Assembly (NCBI GenBank): GCA_039096225.1
Contig: JBBPEB010000009.1
Coordinates: forward strand, 1,240,001-1,304,000
DNA: 64,000 nucleotides
Reading direction: 5' to 3'
From: Blastocystis sp. Blastoise
Lineage: Eukaryota; Protista; Bigyra: Opalinata
The position numbers and the translations under genes were made by a program. The notes beneath the pieces were generated by a model, which did not search any database, was not told the DNA's origin, and saw only the letters and a list, made by a program, of their open reading frames with translations. Below, piece by piece: positions 39,665-53,038 of the stretch; positions within the stretch are counted from its first letter, which is position 1; every line of letters starts with the position of its first letter.

Positions 39665-40432
39665 ATGTGTATGTGAAAAATTGATTCTACTTGTGTCTAT
39701 AAGTGTGTATAGCTGTCGATCTTGCTAAACTCAACGAATTTATGTTAAGCCACTCTTATGTCTGTGGTTACAAACCCACTCAATTAGATCTTGAAGTTGC
39801 TAAGGCTTGCGGTTGTGTCTGTGGATGTGAATATCCTCATGCTGCCCGTTGGTTCAAACACATTCACTGTTTTGCTTGTGCTGAAAAGAAGAAGTATATA
39901 TTTTCATAAATAATATTAATAACTGATATTTAAAATAATATTTAATAGTATATATATGTTATTATTGAAAATAAAAATAATATTTTTCTTTATATAGCTG
40001 GCCTGCTGCTGAATGTGGTATGTGAATGAATATCAATACTATATAATTATATAATAATATTTAATTAAGATATATATATTTCTATACACTTATAAATAGA
40101 TCTTCCCTTTATGATTAAGGCTGAAGAAAAGAAGGAAGAAGTTAAGGAAGAAGAAGAAGAAGAAGAAGGTGATCTTTTCGGTGATGATGATGATGATGAA
40201 GATGAAGCTGCTGCTGAAGAAATGGCTGCTAAGCTTGCTGCTGATGCCAAGAAGAAGAAGGAAGAAGCTAAGAAGAACGAACCTGTTGCTAGATCTCAAC
40301 TTGTTCTTGATGTCAAGCCTCTTGAAGCTGAAACTGGTATGTTTAGTGTTATTTTTATTGTTTTATTATTATTTTATTTTTTATCTTTTATTATTATTTT
40401 ATTGTTATTATTTTTGTTCTGTTAATCCTATA

Positions 40433-40501
<69 letters not shown>

Positions 40502-40785
40502 TTTCCTTTATAGATCTTAACGCTCTTGCTGATAAGATTAAGGCTACTCAAGTCAATGGTTTAAAGTGGGGTGAAGGTATTAAGATTGTCCCTCTTGCTT
40601 TTGGTATTTGCAAACTTCAAGTATGTAAATGAATTCTAATTGTGATGACTAATTATTTTTATTTTATATAGGTTTCTTGTATTATTGAAGATGATATCTG
40701 TTGTGAAGATGATGTTTATGATGCTATTCAACAATTCGAAGATGATGTCCAATCTGTCGAAACCTTCGCTTTCAACAAGATGTAA
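39665..40785 (+). CDS. EEF1B: Translation elongation factor 1-beta, multi-exon (4-nt first coding exon, 20-nt microexon)
   Basis: LNEFMLSHSYVCGYKPTQ, YPHAARWFKHI, acidic DLFG linker, ARSQLVLDVKP, GLKWG, PLAFGICKLQ, VQSVETFAFNKM*. Confidence 0.95.
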
Positions 40786-41140
40786 AAAATGTCAAACATT
40801 TATGTTGTATTAGAATTACACTGTTTTTTAAAATTGTTTTTAGTTTTATATTCATTTTAATTGCTAAATTTTTTTTTGATTATATTACATAAAATTGTAT
40901 ATACAAATACAACACGAATTTTTTTACATTTACATACATAGATACATTTATTACTATTTGATGATTAACAACATTTATTCAGAAGTTTCATATATAGAAT
41001 TATAAATTGAATCAAAACTATCATCAACTTGCTTTTGAATTAAAGAACTGTTAATATGGTTATATTGGCAATACTATATATATAATATATATAATATTTA
41101 TATATAATATTATTTATATTTTATGTATTTTAATATAATA

Positions 41141-41809
41141 TCAAATATATCTATTTACTGAAGAAATAAATTGTTTCTTTAATTGTTCTTTTGAAAATGG
41201 TCTATGAATACAAAAATATAATGATGATTTAATAATATATTTTACCTTTTTATTTTTTTGGATACTTGTAAATAGTATTGCATTACTTTATAAATAGGTT
41301 GTTCATGATCTTTAAAGACAATATAATGTATTATCATGCCAATACTCAAACAACTGAAGAATAGAAGAAGTGTATATATTCCTAGAGATGTAGGTGTCAA
41401 AGAAGGGAAGCGATCTAAAATGTATGATACACAAATATAGAAAGTAGAATAGATATAGTTCCATAGAGAAGTAAGATATGGACGACATAAACAATAGAGT
41501 CTAGGATAGAGTGTCCATTTAAAATATCGTTGAACCATAAAAATAGATAATTCTACAAATCCTACAACAGGTAATGTCACATATGCAGAAGAAGGAAGAA
41601 GAAGAGGAAGCATTAATTTACTAATTGAATATAACTCTATATAAAAGTGAAATAATATATATAGAAACATTAAGATATTCAATATATTATATACTTGATT
41701 CTCTTTTTGATTCTTCAGGAATATACATATATAAAGAGAAGAAAAAAGTAGCTACTAACACAAATAATGTTTGATATATATACGGATACGAATGAAAATA
41801 GATTAAAAG

Positions 41810-41883
<74 letters not shown>

Positions 41884-42730
41884 ATATGTGAATATATATA
41901 TATATAATTTATATATAATATACAAAATACAAAAAAATATAGATTTAGAATACAAAGAAAAAGTGTATAAAAACTTACAAGAAATAAGTAAATCTATATA
42001 AAAAATATAGTCTTTGAATGTTTTCATCACTTTTTCTACAAGAGTCATAGGTTTCTGTATTTCATGATGATGATGATGATGTTGAGGATATCCAGTTGAA
42101 GAATTGGTATTCATAGAATTACTATCCGAATCCGTGTCTGTTTCTGATTCTGAAACACCAGAAGTCGATGTTGCAGAAGGAGGGAAAGGTTGAGAACCTA
42201 ATTGATTGAGTACTGTTGTGAACATTGCGAAGGGATTCACTCCAGGATTTGTATTATTGTCGCCAAACATTTGAGGATTATTAAATAAAGAATTAGCTTG
42301 TGCAATAAAATCATCAAGATTTAATGTTTGCACATTACTACTTGACATATTGGAACCTAAGGGACTATTACTTGTTGAAAAAGTAACGTGATTTTCATTG
42401 TTTTGAACTTGATCATTGTCATTTGGTGAAATTTCTGTAAAAGGAAATTTATAACGATTAAAAAATATAATATAACTTTATTCAATAAGAAAATAAATCA
42501 AATAATGAGAAATATAAATACCAGGAACATCTTGAGCTGATGATTCTTTTTGTTCATCAATAATATCAAAAGTTTCAGAATTTTCAGATTCAACTATATT
42601 TGTAGAATCGTTAAGAGTTTGCTTTTCAGCTAACTCCTTCTGAAGTTGCTATAGATGAAATTTAAAAATGATAGATTTGTAAATTAATTTAGGTTACAAG
42701 TTTTCTTCGTCTCTGAAGGGCACTTGACAT
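41141..42730 (-). CDS. Multi-pass membrane protein, possibly GET2/CAML-like, multi-exon
   Basis: The spliced ORF starts MSSALQRRRKLQLQKE, then a long hydrophilic region, then several C-terminal hydrophobic segments. The family call rests on architecture only. Confidence 0.55.
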
Positions 42731-42954
42731 TGTTAGAATATTAAAATAATACTTATTCTAGAACAAAAAGGTTGAATAGAATTAAAACAGAAGAAATGAC
42801 ACAAATCATTTTTCCCAAGAAGTATCGAAAATAATCTTGTTTAACTTTTTAAACAAAGACAATCTTTTCATCGTGTTCCAAGTGTATTTTAATTTAATAT
42901 AGTATCATTTATATTTATTAAGACTCCTTATTAGTTTATTTAGTCAGTTTTAAG

Positions 42955-43383
42955 ATGTCAGTTGTTAAAAAGGAAATGATGATGTATTGTTTTGATACAT
43001 TACTAAATAAATTAATTAAATACCCAATGCCAAAACCAGAATTTGATACAAACTTAGAATAGTATTTAAATTATTCATGAATCTCTATTTTAACAAATAA
43101 TTATAGTGGAATATTTGTTACTTTAGAAAAGAAAGTATTTAAACAGTATGAACTTCGAGGGTGTATTGGCAATTTATCTCCAATATCTCTTTCTTCACTA
43201 AGCGAATATGCTTTATATAGTGCATTTGAAGATAATAGATTTCATTCTTTGAATGCATCTGAACTTCCTAAACTTCGAGTTGAAGTCTCTTTATTATATG
43301 ACTTTGAAGACCGTGATAATGTCATGGATTGGGAAGTATTCAATATATATATATATTTTTTTCTCTTTTTTTTAAATTAGATT

Positions 43384-43422
<39 letters not shown>

Positions 43423-43978
43423 CTTTTTATTTTATTAGATTCTTTATATATATATATTATTTTTCTTCTTTAGGTTGGTAAACATGGTATTTATATTTTT
43501 ATTCCTTATAAACATCGTATATTAAGTGCTACATTCTTACCAGAAGTAGCTGAGGAACAAGGTATATATATATATATCTATTAATTGTATCGATTTAGTT
43601 ATTATTTATACTATATACATATATACATATAGGATGGGATAAGAAGACTACTCTTGATTATTTAGCAGAGAAAGCAGGATTCTTTAAACCACTTACAGAG
43701 TATATATATAGATATATACTCTTATTATTAATTATATTTATATATACACTTTTTCTAGAGAAGTGCTACAAACTATTAAATTGAGAAGATATAAAACAGA
43801 AAAAGTATTTGACTACTTTTAATCTTCTATTTATATATATATTATATATGATATACTATAAATATAGGCTTATTTAACTTTCAGTGAATATATAAAAATG
43901 ACAAAGGCTCGTGGTCGTGACGCACTTCCCTATTTTGAATCTCTTGATATTCCTGTTACTTCAGAAGACCTCCAATAA
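42955..43978 (+). CDS. AMMECR1: AMMECR1 family protein, multi-exon (absent from the supplied ORF track)
   Basis: MYCFDTL, GIFVTLEK, ELRGCIG, SAFEDNRF, VEVSLL, DWEVGKHGI, ATFLPEVAEEQGWD, KAG. All introns are GT-AG. Confidence 0.95.
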
Positions 43979-44487
43979 CTCTAACAATAACTCAAATTAT
44001 ATATATATCATTTTTATGATCAGTACATTGAAATAGCACAATCTATTTCTATTTATATATAAATTCATTTATCGTTTTTTATATTCTATTTGCTATGCTT
44101 TTTGTTTTCATAATTCAAGTTTTTCTTCATTATTATTGTTCGCTGTTGTAACTCACTCATTCTTATATCCTATTATAAGCACGAATATGATCAAAACCGT
44201 GATTACAAGAAATGTTTTCTATTTGATCTTCAAATATTTTCTATAATGCTGACGGAATGAATTGAATTCATATATTATATTTCAATCGTTCTATAACTTG
44301 AACAGTTTCTACAAATTGAAAATAAATATAACAATAAATATAATCTATGCTAACACTATGGTATTTTGTCTTACGCTATGTGTTGAAAATAATTATATAT
44401 TCACACTAATACAACATTGAATAACAAAAGAAAAAATGAATGTTAGTATTCATTTTCATCTATAAAGGATAACAAAATTTTTCTATA

Positions 44488-44560
44488 GACTCCGTAGTGC
44501 AGTGGCAAACACGCTCGCCTGACACGCGAGAGATCCCGAGTTCAATCCTCGGCGGAGTCA
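44488..44560 (+). tRNA. tRNA-Val, anticodon GAC
   Basis: Acceptor GACTCCG/CGGAGTC+A, D arm GTG..TGG..CAC, anticodon stem CTCGC/GCGAG with loop CT-GAC-AC, T arm CCGAG-TTCAATC-CTCGG, followed by a T-tract Pol III terminator. Confidence 0.93.
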
Positions 44561-44604
44561 CTTTTATTTTTTATCGTTTTTTAAATCAATTTGACAAAAA
44601 CATA

Positions 44605-44612
44605 AACAAACA
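44605..44612 (-). terminator. TGTTTGTT 3'-end element downstream of SNW1
   Basis: Exact motif on the coding strand about 110 nt after the stop. Confidence 0.4.
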
Positions 44613-44721
44613 TTTAAATGGTTTTGTTTTATATAACAAAATACTTTTTTAGAATTAATACAAATAGAAAGGAATTACAAAAAATAATAGATAATAGAAA
44701 CACTTTAAGAAATGAAAATGA

Positions 44722-45479
44722 TTATTCAGAATCAGAATGTGAGTGACTTCGTCTTCTTTTATCTTTGTGTTCACTTGATTTTTTATCTACAGAGTCCACA
44801 AATCCATCATCAAACTAAAATAAATATAGTAAATAAATAGAAACAATTCAATATAAAAATAAATAAAAACTATATAAATACAGCTATAGGTCCTCCTCGT
44901 TTGATTTGTTTGGAATGACCTTCATCTCCTTCGAAATTACCCAGATCGTTCAATTTACGGAATTCATCTTCTGCAGCATATCTAGGATAATATATATATA
45001 AATACATATAATAATAAATGAAATGATTATGATAAATGATTTATATAAGATGTTTTAGAAATCAATAATAATATTGAAAAAATACAATTTAATTATATAT
45101 ATATAAATAATGATATATACTTGATAGAATTATCCACCTTAGCAGTGTAAATAGATGTTTTCTTTTCGCTAAAGAATGGCTTTGAATAGAGATTATATTC
45201 ATCATCGGCTCCAAAGTTACTGGCAACTCCTTCTGTATTATTATAGAGACGACCATCGAATTGGGCTCCTTTCAAACCAGTCAGACTGGCTTCTCCTAAA
45301 GCAATTCTCTCCGATATATCTCTATCTTCATCTCTTTCTACCTTACTCTTACGACTACTGTGTTTACGATTATACTCACGGCGACGTTCCAACTCACGCT
45401 CATGACGCAACTCGTCACGCTCATGACGCGCCTTACGCTCCTCCTCAGTCTCATTCCTATAGTAGTAGTAGTAGTAGTA

Positions 45480-45524
<45 letters not shown>

Positions 45525-47472
45525 AAATAAATAGAATAACAAAATAGGGGGAAAAATAACAAATATATTAATATCATTCATAATAATAAATATATTAATA
45601 TCATTCATAATAAATATATTAATATCATTCATAATAATAAATATATTAATATCATTCATAATTAAATTCTTTTAAAAACATATAAAAATAAAATTAATAT
45701 ATTTATATCATTAATACTATAAATTATTTTTAAAATATATGAATATATTCAATAAAAGCAATATAGTAATGTGTATATATACTCAAGATCCTTTTGTTGA
45801 TTCGCTAATTCAGCATTTCTTTTCTTAATATCAAGAGCGAACTGTCTATATTCTTCATCCTTGTCTTTCTTTTGCATTTCTAGCTGAGCACGGATGATCT
45901 TATTACGTTGGTTGACTTCCTCTCTCATCGTCGCTTCTGCTGTGCGGAGACCCTCCGAGAAGAAGGCGAACTTATCATTTATAATATTCTATATATATAT
46001 ATAATGATAGACTAAAAAGAAGAATAAATTGATGAATTCATATTTAATATATTTTATTATTATAAGAGCATATATGTATTCTATTCAGATATATTATATT
46101 AAGAATATATATTTAGTTAATATTAAAATATATATATATTATATAAGAATATATATTTAGTTAATATTAAAATATATATATATTATATAAGAATATTAGA
46201 ATATCAATAAAGTGAATATAGTAGTATATATGTACCTCTTGAAGTCCCTTTCCATCAGCTGCAAGACGCTTATCTAAAGGAATGGTTAAACCGCGGGAAT
46301 TCTTCCAATTTGAAATACAAGGAGGAATCTTCCAATCTTCCATATCCTTTACAGTTACCTATAAAGTATAATAATAATAAATAATATATAATATAATAAA
46401 TATAAACATAATAATAATAAATATAATAAATATAAATATAATAAATATAAACATAACAAATATAACTATAATAAATATAACTATAATAAATATAACTATA
46501 ATAAATATAAGCATAGCAATGTTTATCGTATACCTTGCGAGGAGGAGAGTGCATGACAGGTACAGGCGGACTGCCTTGGCCGGGAGGGAGTTTCTTTAAC
46601 TTGAATATAGGGGCATCTAAGGGGTCTACCGCCGACTCCACCATATGAATAATACGCTGTTCCTTAGTCTTCCCGGTCAACCCATCCACAGGAGTATATT
46701 TAACGAGATATATATATATATAATATTATTATCATTATTGTGAATCAATAGATATAATAAAACTAAAAAAAACAAAAAGTCTAATTTATGTTTATACATA
46801 GAAATATACTTAATAAATTCGGGTGCTGTTTGATTCTTAGGATTAGCTCCTGCAGGAAGATCTGTAGGACGAATACCACCAACTTTCTTCATCAATAATC
46901 TTTCAAAGGCAGCTTTTGTTTTATCTGTATTCTTTTGAATTTCTTCATCAGAAGGCTTAGCTAAATTAAGTTCTTCTTCTATAATTACATTAAATCAAAC
47001 TTTTAATAAAAAATAAATATATAGAATAATGTGAAAAAAAAATGTAAGAAACTAAAAGAAATACTTTTCCCTTGATATTCAATAAGATCTGTTGGCTTAT
47101 ATAAAACATGTTGATTCTTATTTCTTCCTTGAGTTAATATACCCTTCTGGAAATCTGCTTTTCCTTCTTGATCAACACTTACTGCAATTACTTTATTATC
47201 TGAATCACTATCCGATCGACCCATGTTAAGAGGATATTGAGCAATGTGAATTTCAGGAAAGGCACCACCATCTCCAAAGTCTTCTACTTTTCTAGGTAAA
47301 TACTTCTCTCGTTTTAAATAAGGAGGAATAACAATAAGCGATTTCTTAGCAGATATATCTTTCTTATCTTCTTCGAATATCTGATACTTGTGAACAGGTG
47401 CTGGCAAAAAACTAAGTGTCACATTAATATTTCAAACAAATAAAGAAAAACTTACGTTTGACTAGTACTCAT
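44722..47472 (-). CDS. SNW1: Spliceosomal NTC-related protein SKIP/SNW1/Prp45, multi-exon
   Basis: DFGDGGAFPEIHIAQYPLNMG, FIKYTP, DPLDAP, SPPVPVMHSPPRK, WKIPPCISNWKN, IPLDKRLAADG, RDISERIALG. Confidence 0.97.
45560..45662. repeat. Intronic tandem repeat AAATATATTAATATCATTCATAAT x4
   Basis: Direct inspection of an SNW1 intron. Confidence 0.8.
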
Positions 47473-48113
47473 TTTTCTGTGATTTATAATATATGATTAT
47501 CAGAAATTACAAGAAGATAATGAATATATATATAAAAAACCTTTTTTATTAAGAAAATCGAATAATGTGTTTGATGGTTTATTCACGGGATAAAGCATTT
47601 TTTTGAAGAAAAAAATAAAATTTTCAATTCTATATTATTTGCTTTTACTTTATGAATTATATACTTGTTTTAATGTATTAAACTTAATCATACGAGATTT
47701 AGTTAGAAAAATCATTTGAAAAAAAAAATAAAAACTTTTTAATGCTAAAATTAAATGAGAATGATAACAGTTTAACATGATTATATATTCTATATGAAAA
47801 ATAAAATATTGTAATTTTTGTATATCATTTATGATTCTCATTTAAAAAGAATATGAGGATAAAAAGTTTTTTTTAATTAATTTTGTAAAACTTTTTTTAA
47901 TTTGATATAAATAGAATTCTTCTAATAGCAAAACAAGATCTAAATCATCCGTAGAATATTTAAAAACGAGAGATATATAGATAATCTATATATATATTGA
48001 CATGAATCAATGAATAAAAAGTGAACCTATATTATAAGAAACGAAAGTAATACATGAAAAGAAAAATGAATAGTTTTATTGACAGAAAATGACTTTAAAA
48101 AAAGACTTCCTTA

Positions 48114-51100
48114 TTATATTTGAGAACTAGGAGGAGAATAATGGACAGTGTTTACGTAAGTATCATTATTACTGACAACGCCTCCACTCTTCTTCTTCAA
48201 ATTATTTAATTCTTCACTATAAGAATAATATAATAGTAATTTATAATTACATATATATAATAGAATATATATATAATAGAATATATATATATACAGTTTC
48301 TTCTGATAGATCTTTCTCTTGATGAGGATATAGATGACACATATGATGATGATAGCTACACTTCCTAAGAGGATACTTACCATGGTAATACTAGTACATT
48401 CTTCTACAGGATCTTCCCAATAGAGTTCGGTAGTTCCAGGAATACACGATCGATGACGAGATCCGAAGTATCCTGACACACATCCGATAGTAGTCGTGAT
48501 TCCCGCGGTTGTTTGAGGGTAATCCCCAATTGCTGGACAAGAACCAGGGAGAATATGTATAGTAATTGTGGTTGTTATTTGATTGTTCTCATTGATGGCA
48601 GTAATGGTATAGACAGTAGAAGGAGAAGGAACAACAGGGAGACCAGAAATTATACCTGTAGCAGTATCAAAGGTAAGACCCGAAGGGAGATCTAAAGAAA
48701 TAATTATGATGAAAACATATATAAAGAGTAGAAATATAAAAAGTCTTATAGACATAAGAAATAATGAAGAATACTTTAATAATATATAGAGACAAAGAAT
48801 TTATTGAAATAATAAATAATATATATATATTATAATAGATAAATATAAAGATTTCATAAGAAAATAATAAATAATATATATATATATTATAATAGATAAA
48901 TATAAAGATTTCATAAGAGAATAAGAATTCAAAAGAAAAATAATAATAATAATAATAATATATCAATAAAATGAATGCTATAAAAATAAAATAAAATAAT
49001 AAATATACTAGGAGAAATAGTGAAGGAGAGAGCAATGTTGATATACATAGGTGTAAGAGGTGACATAGAAGTATAAGTATTTAATATAAGAGATTGAGTC
49101 GTATAATGTAATTGAGCAAGAGGAAGCATAGAGCATTTCTCCGTGTTTTCTTTCTTTAACTTTAATCCATCACAATATCGACTCTTATATCCCATATATC
49201 CTTCTCCACAGAAGGTATAACTATAGAGACCTTCGGGAACAGCAGGGAAATCATCAATACTTTGACAAATAGAATCAGCAGATCGTTTGAAGGAGAAGGA
49301 AATATCAGGGAAAATAACAGACGCACTATTTACAGAAGATTGTTGAGGTATAAGAACAGGAAGATTGGATATAGATAATAAGAGATATGTAAATCCAAGA
49401 ACAATAGGACAAGGGAGGGAGAATGTTGAACCAGCAGATACAACTACTTTTTCCTATACATAATAAAAATTATTATTATTATTATTAATATTATTATAAT
49501 ATCATTTTTATTATTAATATTATTATCATTATTATATAGATAGTTAAATATACATTATCAAATATTGATATCCAGTCAAATTCTTCTTTTTCTTTTCCTT
49601 TGAGTGATACATAGAATACTCCAGTTTCATTAAAGCTATAGAATTCAAGTGTATTGAATCTATTAAGAGTTGGTTGTAACATTTTCATGTGAATATCTGT
49701 TTGATGTGGTGTTTGGAATTCGGCAACAGTATAAATATTATTATCGAAAAGATATTCTAGAGAAGAGGTAGAAACAAGAGGAGTAGCAGATATAACTTCG
49801 AAGGAAGGTAATAAGGATGCTACAGTACCATAATCATAAGATATACTTATATCAATATAAAATGGAGTTTTATACTCTGAAAGATGATTAAGTTGAATAG
49901 CTAAAACATTGTCTGATTTACGAATATAATTGGTTTGAATAGGGAATCGGAGTGTTTTACGAGTGACTCCGTCGAGAGGAGATTTAATTGTAGTATAAAT
50001 ATATCCATTAATATAGAGAGTAAGTTCATGAGAATAATCGATATCAATATTTAATACAGAATGAGTAGATGTATCTTCAAGGCTGAACTATAATAATATA
50101 ATAAAATAGTAGAATATCACATAAAGTAATATTTATATAATGATAATAATAATAACAATAATAATAATAATATAATAAATAAATATATATACAAGAGTTC
50201 GTATATAGACTTCAGGTTCATTTGTATTAATAGTACCTGATTTTCCTTTGGACCATTGAGTATCTTCGAAATCCTCAGTAAACCAATCAGAAGTTGGTGT
50301 TCCAAGTAGATAACGGTAGAAGAAGTTTTCCATTTCAATAGCTTTAGTTAAATCCACAGTAATTGTGAATTCAGTATCATGAATAGAAAACATGCCTGAA
50401 GTAAGAAGAGTCTTTGTATTAAGAATAGAATAACCAGCAGGATGTCTCCATGTCTTCTTATCTTCTGTTTTAAATCTTAAAGTATAGAGATTAAGAGGAA
50501 GACAATAAGTATAAGAACGAATCAAAAATGGATCAGGAGTTACAGCAGTACTAATACTATAATTTATAATAATAAATTGGGTTATTTATATATATAATTA
50601 AATATATATATATAATTAAATATAATAATAATCATTATTATTATAATTATAATATAAATATAATATATATATATATACGTAAGATATGGATCATCGATAG
50701 TATAAATGAATGTATAATCTCCTTCAGGTTTATCTCCAGGATATATATAGTAGGATAATTGTGGATTAGCATAGTAATAATGTATATCAACTCCTAAGAT
50801 GGCATTTCCTTGACCACATACTTCGATAGTAAGAGCAATAGTAACACACATCTCCTTTTGGGTATAGTCTGTGGCACATATACGATAATTAGGAGAGGTC
50901 GTACTATCTTCGGTTTTCCCCGTGATTATACCACTAGAGGGATTCATGGTGATGCCTGTAGGAAGAGAGGGAGTGACAGTAAAGTGTTGATAGTAATGTC
51001 CTGTTTCAGGTATAATAGCGTCCATATAGCGGTATTGAGGTAGAGTATAGGAAGATTGAGAGTAACTTAAAGGCTGAATCACATGTATGGGATAATTAGC

Positions 51101-52998
51101 AAAGAGATCGATGGCATTAATGGAATATGTATCGGTCAGTGCTCCTGTGAAGGAAGTAAACTTGAATTCGGTATAGATACGAGTATTATAAGGAGCAGGA
51201 ATATAGAAATGACGATAAATATCAGAAGTGATGTTGAAAATAATATTCGACTGAACATCAATAGTTTCCCATGGGGATTGTGTTCCAGATTTAGCATCAC
51301 TAACACGTGCTTGGAGGGTCCATCCACATGGAATTTCATAACGTAAAGTAGATTGCTTATGAATATATACAGAATAATAACTTAAAATTGTATTCCTATA
51401 TAAATAAAATATATATATATATAAGAGAGAGTATATAAGAAGAATGAATATAAAAAATAAAAGTATGTAATTATATATATATATACTCTTCTTGTTTATC
51501 ATAAATAGTGATACCAGTAGAACTTGTCTTCTTTATAGAGAAGAAGGTGATATATCTATTATCTGTGACTGCATCGATGTTAGTTGCGTCACCAGTAGCC
51601 TTAGCAGATATGAATGCACGGTTGTATCCTAATATATATTATATATATATTATATAACACAGTAATAGGATAGACATAAGTAATAACAGAAAATATATAT
51701 AAAAGAAGATAAATTATTACATTATAAATGAATAATTAAATATATATATAAAAATGAATAATTAAATATAAATAAAAATAAATAAAATATAAAATAAAAA
51801 TGAATAAAAAATATTTCCCTATATATCTTTATATACCATATCCAAGAGAATAGAGTGTCATATCAAAAGAAGCATCTTCATTGACGGCCTCTAAGAATGT
51901 ATTTCTATTAAATGAGGGAATATAAGGTAATTCCTTGCTTCCAAGTAAGAGGATAGCTATAGTATTTGACCCAGTATGAAGAGAAGCTGAGGAGAAACTG
52001 ATTCTATATATATATATATATAGAAGTGAATATATATATATAAGTGTCATAACATAAAGATATGTACTTTTTAAAAGATACAGAGGATGACTTAGCAGTA
52101 GCATTAGTTTCAATTGAAAATGGACTATATATGGATAATGAGGAATAAAAATAATGTATATATATATATATAGAATTATGTAGATACTCTGGAATTCTGT
52201 TTCTGTAGATTTCTTGATCATTAATATAAATTAATATTCCATATATATAGCGTATTTCCATAGCATAGGAGGAGAAAGCAGGAATAGAAGTCATAGTGAA
52301 GGTATGACGATAGATTTCAGCGTGATTCATTGGTCCAAAAGATCCAGAAGTCGCTTTAAGCCATTGAGAATCATCAAAAGAAGATTTGAACCAATCAGTA
52401 GGAATAGATCCTTTATTATATTTCCATTCAACTCGTCGAGTTATAGGGAAATCAGTTGAGAATTCCCAAGAAAGAGGTCCATGGAATCTATAGATGCCTG
52501 TAAATAGAAGAGTACTATTCGAGACAACAGTAGGGAGATCTGTCTCATAGAAATGAGTATAATAAATAGATAGAAGACCATCTGAATCCCAATCGTTATA
52601 AGTAGTCTTACTATAAGAAACAAAGAGAATAATAAAGAAAATAGAATAATAAAGAAATAGAAGAAAATATAATGAATAGAATCGAAATAATAGAGAATAT
52701 AATACATAGATTTAAAAAATAGAAAAAATATAATGAATTTTAATGAGGAAGATAATAAGAAATATATTTTTAAATATAATAATATACTCGATAATATAAT
52801 CTACTCTATAATCTCCAGCAGGTCCACATATATCGATATATTTCTCACTGTCTCCGACCCAAATAGGATCAGACATAGAAGTAGTATATCGATTAGATTC
52901 CCAATAAACAATAGAATTTGTAGATAAGGCAGTAATATTAAATACTTCCTTTCCTGTAGAAGTACCATATCGACGATAAATACGAAGACGACTACCTT

Positions 52999-53038
<40 letters not shown>

